This document shows positions 28,699 to 37,354 of a stretch of DNA of 64,000 bases, piece after piece (position 1 is the first letter of the stretch; each line of letters starts with the position of its first letter). Source of the stretch: Alphaproteobacteria bacterium (GTDB lineage Bacteria > Pseudomonadota > Alphaproteobacteria > SHVP01). The stretch covers positions 7,903-71,902 of the forward strand of contig JAYOEZ010000006.1 in the NCBI GenBank assembly GCA_038116985.1, given 5' to 3'. The notes beneath the pieces were generated by a model. It did no database searches. It had not been told where the DNA came from and saw nothing but the letters and a program-made list of their open reading frames with translations. Both the position numbers and the translations under genes were made by a program.

Positions 28699-29865
28699 AT
28701 GCCTTCACCGACACCTTTCGAGCGGATGCAGCGTCACGGCGCAATCGTCGCTTCGAATCATGACGAACTCGCCATGGAAAACTTCGCGCAGGCAATGCAC
28801 TTCGAAGTCTTCGGACACCTCATGCCGGGCAACAAGGAAGTTTACAACGCCAGGGTTCTTCCCAAGTTCAGGAAGCGGGAGGGCCGGACGCCGACGAACC
28901 GGCGCGAGGTTCGCGCCGAGATGCGCGAGGACCCCTACCATCAGACGTGGAGCGCGCTGCGCCGCACGACCCAGGAAATGATGTGGGTTGCGACCGACAC
29001 CTGTCTGAACCGGACCTACGACGAACTCCATCGCCGCGCACAGCCGCCGCGGAAACAGCTCGGCTCGCTGGAACTCGATTCTTCTCTCGACCTGCCCCGC
29101 TACATCACCGAAGTCGATATCCACTGCATGCCGGGCGGGTATTGCAGCGAAGCGCTGCCCGACGACGTTTACGCCGGCGCCCTGTACGACCGCGGCGTCT
29201 ATTCGATCACTCAGGGATTTCTAGGGCCCAAGGTCGATGGCTTCGGACGGTCCGCATCGGCCTATATCAAACGCAACTATCCCGACTTCCGAAAAGGTAA
29301 GATCCTCGACGTCGGCTGTGCCGTTGGACACGGTTCGGTCGCGATTGCCGAGGCATTTCCCGATGCTGAAGTGCATGCCATCGACGTCGGCGCACCGATG
29401 GTCCGCTATGCCCACGCGCGCGCCGAAAGCATGGGCGTGCCCGTTCATTTCTCGCAGCAGAGCGCCGAGGCGATGCGCTACGACGACGACACTTTCGACT
29501 TCGTCGTTTCTGGGGCGACCCTGCACGAACTCTCTACGGCCGGGATCAAGAACATCATCCGAGAGTGCCATCGGGTCCTCAAACCCGGCGGAATCATGAT
29601 CCACATCGAGCAGCCCCAGTACCACGACATGGACCCCTACGATCAATTCATGAGGGATTGGGATACCTTCGGCAACAACGAGCCCTTCTGGGGCACGCTG
29701 CACGACCTCGACCTAGAAAAGCTAGCGGTCGCGGCCGGATTCGAACGGCAAAAGGTGCGCCAGACGCGCGAATGGGGCGACGAGGAGCGCGGCCAGGTCT
29801 ACAACGTGGACAAGCCGGGCGAGAAAGCCGAGCCGCCGTGGTTCTTCTACACGGCAACGAAGTAG
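28699..29865 (+). CDS. two-domain SAM-dependent methyltransferase, paralog 1 (conserved N-domain of unknown function plus a class I MTase)
   Basis: Seen: SAM motif I KILDVGCAVGHG. Conserved blocks shared with the two paralogs: WSALRRTTQEMMW, LELDSSLDLPRYITEVDIHCMPGGY, APMVRYAHARAES, VHFSQQSAE, LHELS, NNEPFWGTLHDLD. ATG 28699 follows GGAG at 6 nt. Confidence 0.8.
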   Translation: MPSPTPFERMQRHGAIVASNHDELAMENFAQAMHFEVFGHLMPGNKEVYNARVLPKFRKREGRTPTNRREVRAEMREDPYHQTWSALRRTTQEMMWVATDTCLNRTYDELHRRAQPPRKQLGSLELDSSLDLPRYITEVDIHCMPGGYCSEALPDDVYAGALYDRGVYSITQGFLGPKVDGFGRSASAYIKRNYPDFRKGKILDVGCAVGHGSVAIAEAFPDAEVHAIDVGAPMVRYAHARAESMGVPVHFSQQSAEAMRYDDDTFDFVVSGATLHELSTAGIKNIIRECHRVLKPGGIMIHIEQPQYHDMDPYDQFMRDWDTFGNNEPFWGTLHDLDLEKLAVAAGFERQKVRQTREWGDEERGQVYNVDKPGEKAEPPWFFYTATK

Positions 29866-29872
29866 GCCCAAC

Positions 29873-31051
29873 GTGAAGCCCGTCGGGTTCCGCCACATCG
29901 GTCAACATGGCGTTCTCGCGCCGACCGAGCACGACGAGGCCTCGCGCGAGGACTTCATCGCCTCGATGTACTTCGCCGTCCAGGCGGACGTGTTTCCTGG
30001 AAATAGGGTCGCGTGGGACAGTCGAGTGCGCCCGGCCTTTGTCCGGGAAACAGGCCGGGAACCGCAGGACCGTCATGAAATCCGCCGCGCCATGGCGGCT
30101 GAGCCGATGTTCCAGTGGTGGAGCAGCCTTCGTCGGACCACCCAGGAGATGAAGCAGGCGACCGGCGAGGAATTCGTGCATCGTCAAACCGGTCCGATCA
30201 ACGACACCGTGGCCCGCCTAAACCGGAACGGGCGCGGCACGCTGAGACTCGATCCCGACCTCGCCATTCCACGTTACGTCGGAAAGGTCGACTTTCACGG
30301 TCAGCCCGGCGGCTATCTCGCGGAGCGCTGCGACAATGACGTGTCGCCCGCGGCGATCTACGACCCCGGGGTATTCGTGCTGACCAAGGGCTTCATGGGC
30401 CCCTATTGCGAGGCGGCGGGCGCATCGGCCATCCATTTCCTGAAGAGCCGGTTTCCCACGTTCTCGCCGGGCCGGATTCTCGACATGGGGTGCGCCGTTG
30501 GGCACAGCACGTTGCCCTACGCCGACGCCTATCCCGATGCACATATCGACGCCATCGATCTCTCCGCACCGATGCTGCGCTACGCCCATGCGCGGGCGAC
30601 TTCGCTCGGTTACGCGCTGCACTTCTCCCAGCAGAATGCCGAGCACACGGACTTCGCGGATGAGTCGTTCGACCTCGTCGTCTCGCACATCGTTCTGCAC
30701 GAGACCTCGCGAAGCGCACTCATCAACATTGTGAACGAATGCCATCGCCTGCTGCGCCCCGGCGGACTGATGCTGCACGTCGAACAACGCCAGCACGAGG
30801 ACATGGAGGCGTTCGAGCAGTTCTATTACGACTGGGACACGCTCAATAACAACGAACCGTTCTGGGGAACGCTGCACGACATGGATCTTATCAAGGTCGC
30901 CCGCGACGCAGGATTCGACCAATCGCGCGTGATCCACGAAATGGTGCCGAACCTGGTCGCCGCCGACATGCTCAAAGGAGTGATCGACGACGGGAAAGAC
31001 TTCAAGCGAACCGCGGTGTGGTTCGCCTTTGGCGCCAGAAAGAGCAGCTAG
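29873..31051 (+). CDS. two-domain SAM-dependent methyltransferase, paralog 2 (tandem with paralog 1)
   Basis: Seen: GTG 7 nt after the paralog-1 stop. ILDMGCAVGHS, LRLDPDLAIPRYVGKVDFHGQPGGY, VLHETS, NNEPFWGTLHDMD. The stop TAG shares a CTAG palindrome with the stop of the convergent pgm gene. Confidence 0.8.
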   Translation: MKPVGFRHIGQHGVLAPTEHDEASREDFIASMYFAVQADVFPGNRVAWDSRVRPAFVRETGREPQDRHEIRRAMAAEPMFQWWSSLRRTTQEMKQATGEEFVHRQTGPINDTVARLNRNGRGTLRLDPDLAIPRYVGKVDFHGQPGGYLAERCDNDVSPAAIYDPGVFVLTKGFMGPYCEAAGASAIHFLKSRFPTFSPGRILDMGCAVGHSTLPYADAYPDAHIDAIDLSAPMLRYAHARATSLGYALHFSQQNAEHTDFADESFDLVVSHIVLHETSRSALINIVNECHRLLRPGGLMLHVEQRQHEDMEAFEQFYYDWDTLNNNEPFWGTLHDMDLIKVARDAGFDQSRVIHEMVPNLVAADMLKGVIDDGKDFKRTAVWFAFGARKSS

Positions 31052-32427
31052 ATCGAGGGCGGCGCAATGCCGCTCTGCTCAAGCTGATCAAGAAGCTGCG
31101 CCTTGAGGGATTCCAGTCCGGCCTGATCCCGCGCCTCAACCCTGGCAACGAGAACCGCCTGGGTATTGGATGCCCGCAGAAGCCACCAACCTTCGGGGTT
31201 TGTGACGCGGACCCCGTCGATGTCGACGACATCGGCGCCCGAGACCTTCATTCGTTGCGCGATCTCCTGGGCAACCGCGAACTTGCGATCCTCGTCGCAG
31301 TCGAAGCGCAGTTCAGGCGTGTTGACGAAAACAGGAAGTTCATCGAGGAGCGCACCCAATGAGCGGCCGGACCGCTTGAGCAGTTGCAGGGTGCGGACGG
31401 CGGCATACGGACCGTCATCGAAACCGTAGTAGTCGTCGGCAAAAAAAATGTGCGCGCTCATTTCCCCGGCCAACAGCGCGCCCGTCTCCGCCATCTTGGA
31501 CTTAACGAGCGAGTGACCGGCAGCCCACATGATGGGCTTACCGCCGAGCCGCGCGACTTCGTCAAAGAGCGCGACACTGCACTTGACGTCGCCAATGATC
31601 GTCGCCCCCGGATGCCCGGCCAGCACGTCGCGGGCCAGCAATGCAAGCAGCTGATCGCCCCAGAGGATGCGGCCTTTCTCGTCGATGACGCCGATACGAT
31701 CCCCGTCCCCGTCAAAGCCGATGCCGAGATCCGCTCCGCAGTCCTTTGCCGCGGCCTGTAGCTGAACGAGGTTTTCAGGGATCGTCGGGTCCGGGTGATG
31801 GTTCGGGAAGCTGCCGTCGACATCGTCGTTGATGAGAACGTGCGTGCCTGGTAGCCGCTGGGTCAGGTCGCCAAGGATCGCCCCGACGGCCCCGTTGCCG
31901 GGATCCCAAGCGACCGTGATCTGCTCGGGCAGGTCCGCGCCCGCGACCAGTCGCGAGACGTAGGCGTCGCGGACGTCGGCCGTGATCTGCTTGCCCGTCC
32001 CTGTCTCGTAGTCGCCCGTCGCCGCAAGACGGCCGAGCTCCTGAATATCGTCGCCGAAGAAACCCTTGCGGCCCAGCATGAACTTGAAGCCGTTGAAGTC
32101 AGGCGGGTTATGCGAGCCCGTGATCATGATGCCGCCGTCGGCGGCGCTGTCATGAACGCTGAAATAGAGCATCGGAGTCGGTCCCAGGCCGACGATCCGC
32201 GCATCGATCCCTGCAGCGTTCAATCCGTCGATGAGATGGTTCGCCAGTTCCGGCGAGCTGTGGCGCCCGTCCCATCCGACATTGACGGTCCGGCCGCCGC
32301 CACGTCGAACGATGGTGCCGAAGGCGCGGCCCACGGCCTCGGCATCCGCGTTACCGAGAGTCTCACCGAGCGTTCCCCGAATGTCGTAGGCCCGCAGGAT
32401 CGACGGATGGAAAGCGTGTGCCGTCAT
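31048..32427 (-). CDS. phosphomannomutase/phosphoglucomutase (alpha-D-phosphohexomutase)
   Basis: Seen: active-site region TGSHNPPDFNGFK, metal-binding DGDGDR and sugar-binding GEMSAH. The ATG at 32427 overlaps the ugd stop. Confidence 0.9.
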   Translation of the reverse strand: MTAHAFHPSILRAYDIRGTLGETLGNADAEAVGRAFGTIVRRGGGRTVNVGWDGRHSSPELANHLIDGLNAAGIDARIVGLGPTPMLYFSVHDSAADGGIMITGSHNPPDFNGFKFMLGRKGFFGDDIQELGRLAATGDYETGTGKQITADVRDAYVSRLVAGADLPEQITVAWDPGNGAVGAILGDLTQRLPGTHVLINDDVDGSFPNHHPDPTIPENLVQLQAAAKDCGADLGIGFDGDGDRIGVIDEKGRILWGDQLLALLARDVLAGHPGATIIGDVKCSVALFDEVARLGGKPIMWAAGHSLVKSKMAETGALLAGEMSAHIFFADDYYGFDDGPYAAVRTLQLLKRSGRSLGALLDELPVFVNTPELRFDCDEDRKFAVAQEIAQRMKVSGADVVDIDGVRVTNPEGWWLLRASNTQAVLVARVEARDQAGLESLKAQLLDQLEQSGIAPPSI

Positions 32428-33752
32428 CTGCCGGGAGTTGCCGTCCTGCGGCCAACGCTCACGTAGGTGAAGCCCTGGCTCGCCGCTTCCGACGGCTCGT
32501 AGAGGTTGCGGAAATCCACCATAACCGGCGTGGCCATTGCAGACTTCAGCGCAACCAGATCGAGAACGCCCGGCTTGAAGTCGCTCCACTCGGTGGCGAT
32601 GGCCACGGCGTGCGCACCTTGAGCTGCCTCGAGTGGCGTTGCGCACCACACAACATCAGGAAGTTGGTCCCTGGCATGCGCCGCTCCCTGGGGATCGAAC
32701 GCCCGCACGGTAGCCCCCGCCGACAGTAAGCCGTTGGCGAGATCGATCGCCGGACTATCGCGCACGTCGTCCGTATTGGCCTTGAAGGTAATGCCGAGGA
32801 GGGCGATGGTCTTGCCCTCGACCGAGCCGTCCAATGCCGCCGCAACGCGCGCCGCGAGCGACTCCTTGCGGGCACCGTTCACCGCGATCGCGGTCTCCAC
32901 CATGCGCGTCGGCGTCCCTACCTTGGTCGCCGTGTGCGCCAGCGCGAGCGTGTCCTTTGGAAAACACGATCCACCGTAACCCGGACCGGCACTCAGGCCC
33001 CAACGCCCGATACGCGCGTCGAGGCCCATGCCGCGGGCAACCTCTTCGACGTCCGCGCCCACCCGTTCGCATAGATCGGCGATCTCGTTGATGAAGGTGA
33101 TCTTTACGGCCAGAAAAGCGTTGGCGCTGTATTTGATCAACTCGGCAGTTTCCAAGCCCGTCGCAACGAACCGTTCCGGTGGGTTCGCCAACAGCGGCTC
33201 ATGCAGGGTCCTAAGGACCGCGGCTGCGCGTGCGGTATCCGTCCCCGCCACGGTGCGATCGGGTTGTTGAAAGTCCTGCACAGCGCTGCCTTCGCGCAGA
33301 AACTCCGGTACCGAGGCTATGTCAAAGTCCGCATCCGGCGCGGTCTCACGAATGATCTGCTGCACCTCACGACCGGTCCCCACCGGAACGGTCGACTTGG
33401 TCACAACGACGGTATACCCGCGCAGCGAAGGCGCGATCTCGCGCGCCGCTTCACGGACGTAACGCAGGTCGGCCTCGCCGCCCTCTCCCGGCGGCGTTCC
33501 TACCGCCATGACGACGACATCTGCTGCCTGGACTGCGTCGGCCGGATCGACGGCGAATGAAAGGCGTCGAGCAGATACCGCGCGCGCGACGACTTCCTCC
33601 AGCCCGGGTTCATAGATCGGAATCTCACCGCGCTTGAGCCGGTCAACGATCTCGGGCTTCTTGTCGATACACGTGACCTCGTGACCGATGTCTGCATAGC
33701 AGGCGCCCGATACCAAACCGACATAACCGGTTCCGATGACTACAACCTTCAC
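32424..33752 (-). CDS. ugd: UDP-glucose 6-dehydrogenase
   Basis: Seen: MKVVVIGTGYVGLVSGACYA NAD-binding N-terminus and the catalytic GGSCFPKD. Confidence 0.92.
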   Translation of the reverse strand: MKVVVIGTGYVGLVSGACYADIGHEVTCIDKKPEIVDRLKRGEIPIYEPGLEEVVARAVSARRLSFAVDPADAVQAADVVVMAVGTPPGEGGEADLRYVREAAREIAPSLRGYTVVVTKSTVPVGTGREVQQIIRETAPDADFDIASVPEFLREGSAVQDFQQPDRTVAGTDTARAAAVLRTLHEPLLANPPERFVATGLETAELIKYSANAFLAVKITFINEIADLCERVGADVEEVARGMGLDARIGRWGLSAGPGYGGSCFPKDTLALAHTATKVGTPTRMVETAIAVNGARKESLAARVAAALDGSVEGKTIALLGITFKANTDDVRDSPAIDLANGLLSAGATVRAFDPQGAAHARDQLPDVVWCATPLEAAQGAHAVAIATEWSDFKPGVLDLVALKSAMATPVMVDFRNLYEPSEAASQGFTYVSVGRRTATPGR

Positions 33753-34633
33753 GACGCTTCCCCGAGGTGGAGGCCGCCGATGTACGCCTTCAGATCGTCT
33801 CGCAGGTCTTCGCGTTGCAGACCGAAAGCGATGTTCGCTCTCAGATATCCGCTCCTGCTGCCGCAGTCGAAACGCTCACCGTCGATTCGAATGCCGGCGA
33901 AAGGCTCCTGGCTGGCGAGCCAAGACAGCGCGTCGGTCAGCTGAATCTCGCCACCGGCGCCCTTCTCCTTCCGGTCGAGATAGTCGAAGACCCTCGGCGT
34001 CATGATGTAGCGCCCGACCACCGCGAGATTGGAAGGCGCATCCGCGGGCTTCGGCTTTTCGACAAGCCCCCGGACGGGAACGACCTTGCCGCCATCGTCT
34101 TTCTCGACGTCGAGCACACCATAGTTGGAGATATCCGGCCCCGCGATCGTCTCCGCCGCGACCATGCCGCCCTCGCCGGCATAGGCGTCGACCATCTGCT
34201 TGAGGCAAGGCACGCCGGCCAGAAAGATGTCGTCGGGCAGGAGGACCGCGAAGGGCTCGTCGCCGACGAAGCTTCGGGCGCACCAAACCGCGTGCCCCAA
34301 CCCAAGCGGTTCCATCTGGCGCGTATATGCGACGCGGCCCGGCGCCGGCAGCCAGGCGCGCAGGCTCTCCAACGCCTCAAGCTTGCCCCTCGACTGCAGC
34401 AGCGATTCCAACTCGCTCGAGTGATCGAAGTGATCCTCGATCGCACTCTTGCCTTTGCCGGTCACGAAGATGAACTCCTCGATTCCGGCCGCCCGGGCCT
34501 CTTCCACGGCATAGTGGATCAGCGGCTTGTCCACGATCGGCAGCATTTCCTTTGGCAACGCTTTTGTCGCAGGAAGAAAACGCGTACCAAGGCCGCCGAC
34601 GGGAAAGACGGCCTTTCGTACCGTTCGTTGCAT
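33749..34633 (-). CDS. galU: UTP--glucose-1-phosphate uridylyltransferase
   Basis: Seen: KAVFPVGGLGTRFLPATKALPKEMLPIVDKPLI. Confidence 0.92.
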   Translation of the reverse strand: MQRTVRKAVFPVGGLGTRFLPATKALPKEMLPIVDKPLIHYAVEEARAAGIEEFIFVTGKGKSAIEDHFDHSSELESLLQSRGKLEALESLRAWLPAPGRVAYTRQMEPLGLGHAVWCARSFVGDEPFAVLLPDDIFLAGVPCLKQMVDAYAGEGGMVAAETIAGPDISNYGVLDVEKDDGGKVVPVRGLVEKPKPADAPSNLAVVGRYIMTPRVFDYLDRKEKGAGGEIQLTDALSWLASQEPFAGIRIDGERFDCGSRSGYLRANIAFGLQREDLRDDLKAYIGGLHLGEAS

Positions 34634-34703
34634 AGGCTGATTGCTCCGGGAAGGATGTTTCGGGGCGCGGGTGTTGTGCCACGTGATACCGGACCAGGCA
34701 AGA

Positions 34704-35417
34704 TCAGCGGTCGCCGAGAAGCAGGTCCTTCGCCTGGTTGATCTTGGTTGCGAGGAATGTCGACCCGCCCTGGTCCGGATGCACCTTCTTCATGAGCCGG
34801 TGATGGGCCTCCCGGATATCGCCATCGCTTGCACCCGGCTCTAGCCCGAGGACGGCAAAGGCCTCCTCTCTGGTCATCGGGCCGGTACTGGCTGCCGGAG
34901 GCTCCGCCGACCCTTCCGCCCCCTGGCGCCACTCGGGACCGAGGCGACGATCGAGATAGGTCTCGATCAGCTGCACCGATTCGGGATCGTCGTCGCGGCA
35001 AGCATCCCTCAATTCGATCAGTTCGGCCTCGGCCAACGTTCCAAGCGTCCGGCCGGCGAACTGTCCGCGCAAGATCGTGCCGTCCAGCGAGCCGCTATCA
35101 TGGTCCAGAGTCATGCGCAGGCTTTCGGTGCGAACTTCCGAGGTCTTGCCGCTGGGCTGGCTGCCGCCCAGGCCGCTCCATGCGGAGCGGCCGCCCTGCG
35201 CACGACGACGACGCAGATACATGAGGGCGCCCATCAGCAAGGGAACAAAGAGCGGCCACAGTCCGCGCATGGCCAGGAACCCGAGCACGGCTGCAGCCAG
35301 CGCAATTCCGAGCCAGCGCAGCAGTCGCACAATCTGACGCGGTTCCGCATCGACGAACCATCGGGCGACAAGCACGAGAACGCCCAACGCCAGGACACCG
35401 TAGAGCAACCAGACCAT
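34704..35417 (-). CDS. membrane-anchored J-domain protein (DjlA-like)
   Basis: Seen: N-terminal TM segments and a C-terminal J domain with HPD (AFAVLGLEPGASDGDIREAHHRLMKKVHPDQGGSTFLATKINQAKDLL). Confidence 0.75.
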   Translation of the reverse strand: MVWLLYGVLALGVLVLVARWFVDAEPRQIVRLLRWLGIALAAAVLGFLAMRGLWPLFVPLLMGALMYLRRRRAQGGRSAWSGLGGSQPSGKTSEVRTESLRMTLDHDSGSLDGTILRGQFAGRTLGTLAEAELIELRDACRDDDPESVQLIETYLDRRLGPEWRQGAEGSAEPPAASTGPMTREEAFAVLGLEPGASDGDIREAHHRLMKKVHPDQGGSTFLATKINQAKDLLLGDR

Positions 35418-35420
35418 GGG

Positions 35421-36125
35421 CTACTTCAACTGGCTCGTCAGGCGCCGCACCTCTGCCCCGCCGCGGCGACCGTAGTCAGCCAGCGCGCGGCGCCCGCCCG
35501 CCGCATAGACCGCGACCGCCTTCAGCAGATCCCGCAACTGATTCGGGCTCGAGGCATCGAAGCGACAATGCGCCCCTTTTGTCAGGCGTGCGATCTGGCG
35601 AAACGCCATCTCCGCAATCGGCTCACTTCCCTCCTGAAACAGGAAAACGGGTACGCCCAGGACGCCAAGCTGTCCGGCCATGTTGCAAAGGTCTTCGACG
35701 TTCTCTTCCATGCAATCGCCGACGAAGACAACGGCGTTCACGCGCTTCCGCTGCGTCTCGGCGATCGCATGCGCAAGGACTTTCCGGATTTGCGTGTGGC
35801 CACCGAGACAGGACACCGCCGTCATGCGGTGAATCAGATCCTTCGATTGCGATATCCAGGGCGTTGCGTCGAATTCGTCGAAGCCGCGGTAGTATGCGAG
35901 CTGGATATCGAGCCCGCCGACAGCATCGGCCTCGAGAAACATCTCCGCCTGAATGTGGCAGGCGCGATCCCAGGTCGGTTCGCGGCTAGCGGTGGCGTCC
36001 AGCGCAAAGATTAGCCTGCCACGCCCGCCACCCCCGATCTGCGGCGCGCGCGCTACCTGGTTCAGGAAGGCCTGAACGTTGGCGCCCCCTCGCTTCGCTG
36101 GTGTCTTTTTCGAATCCTGGGCCAT
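35421..36125 (-). CDS. VWA (von Willebrand factor A)-like domain protein, cotranscribed with the J-domain protein
   Basis: Seen: a MIDAS-like block LIFALDATASREPTWD and a Rossmann-like alternation. Lies 3 nt upstream of the J-domain gene. Confidence 0.65.
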   Translation of the reverse strand: MAQDSKKTPAKRGGANVQAFLNQVARAPQIGGGGRGRLIFALDATASREPTWDRACHIQAEMFLEADAVGGLDIQLAYYRGFDEFDATPWISQSKDLIHRMTAVSCLGGHTQIRKVLAHAIAETQRKRVNAVVFVGDCMEENVEDLCNMAGQLGVLGVPVFLFQEGSEPIAEMAFRQIARLTKGAHCRFDASSPNQLRDLLKAVAVYAAGGRRALADYGRRGGAEVRRLTSQLK

Positions 36126-36175
36126 GACCGCCCGGCGAGTATACCGGGCCGCCGCCGCAGCGTCAGGCCGCAGAA

Positions 36176-37216
36176 CTACTGCACGACGATGGTGCGATCC
36201 GGATAGAACGCCTTGTAGGCGAACGCAAAATCGATCCCGTAGGGGACGTCGACAAGGTCGCCTTGGGCGGTCCGGCGCTGGACGATTACGTTGCCGACGT
36301 CCATGCCGCGCGATATCGCGGATTGGTCGAGCGCCGAATTCTGGCCTGGCTCCCAGGTGATGATCAGCCCATCGTCGGTCTCGACCCGACCGCGCTCACG
36401 CAGCAGATCGAGCGCCCAAGCGTCGCGGGTGCCGTCGTCGCCGCGTTCGATCGTGATGACGCGCGCGAGCGGAGCGATCTGTTCCCCCTCGCGCAGCGCG
36501 TCCAGCGCCTCCCCGCGATAGAGAAACGGCGTGCGGCTCGAGTCGTACCCGACATACGGATTCGCGCCATAGCGCCTGATTCCGGGATTGGACGGAATGA
36601 GGACCGTCGCATCGGCATTGGCGCGCGCTTCAAAGCGTTCAAAGGACTCAAGGCGCGCAGGCAGGACGTCGAGACGCGTTCCCAGCTTCTCGCCGACAAT
36701 GGCTTCGCCAAGGAATTGCTGCCACCAACTTTCGGTCTGCCGGTCGTACATGACCAGATCAGAGAACCTGAGCTTTCCCGTCGTGCCGAAGTCGAGGACT
36801 TCACCATCGACGCGGCGGTCAAACACAATGGCCGCATTGCACAGTGGGCAGAACGTCACGGCGATCGGCACGCCGCCAAGTTCGTCATTGACGATTTCGT
36901 GCCACATGAGAATCGACAACGGATAGGCCCGCATCTCGCCGCCGACGGTGACGCCGACGACAGGCTCGGTACCTTCGATCGAAAACGATCCCTCGCTCGC
37001 GATCGCCGACAGCGGTACGTATTTCGGGTCGTCGATCGCCGGAATCCCGTCCTTGGGCGGACCGCCGGAGAGTATTTCGTCGAAGTCGACCGCGGTCCGA
37101 GAGAAGTCGGTGTCAGGCCATTCATAGCGCCAGATCGATGGATTGGCCTGGGCGGCCCACGAGACAAGAGACAGTGTGGCTATCAGAAAGACGGTGCGTG
37201 CGGCGGACCAGTTCAT
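36176..37216 (-). CDS. DUF3179 family secreted protein
   Basis: Seen: signal peptide and conserved blocks (DGIPAIDDPKY, FCPLCNAAIVFDR). Family name from recollection. Confidence 0.6.
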   Translation of the reverse strand: MNWSAARTVFLIATLSLVSWAAQANPSIWRYEWPDTDFSRTAVDFDEILSGGPPKDGIPAIDDPKYVPLSAIASEGSFSIEGTEPVVGVTVGGEMRAYPLSILMWHEIVNDELGGVPIAVTFCPLCNAAIVFDRRVDGEVLDFGTTGKLRFSDLVMYDRQTESWWQQFLGEAIVGEKLGTRLDVLPARLESFERFEARANADATVLIPSNPGIRRYGANPYVGYDSSRTPFLYRGEALDALREGEQIAPLARVITIERGDDGTRDAWALDLLRERGRVETDDGLIITWEPGQNSALDQSAISRGMDVGNVIVQRRTAQGDLVDVPYGIDFAFAYKAFYPDRTIVVQ

Positions 37217-37354
37217 TGGCCTGTCCTTTTCCGGTAACGGTTCAGTGCCCTAGATTGACCTGATGGCGAGCAGGCTCAATACAAACGGAGTCAAGGTTTC
37301 GTGACGCAGCAACCCATATGGGACACGAATCTCAAGGTTGATGGTTAGGCTTTC

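Noticed and set aside
33767-34741. 324-aa plus-strand ORF antisense to galU
   Set aside because: galU on the opposite strand is unambiguous. Rejected as noise.
35100-36014. 304-aa plus-strand ORF antisense to the J-domain and VWA genes
   Set aside because: Crosses a gene boundary of the sense pair and has low-complexity composition.
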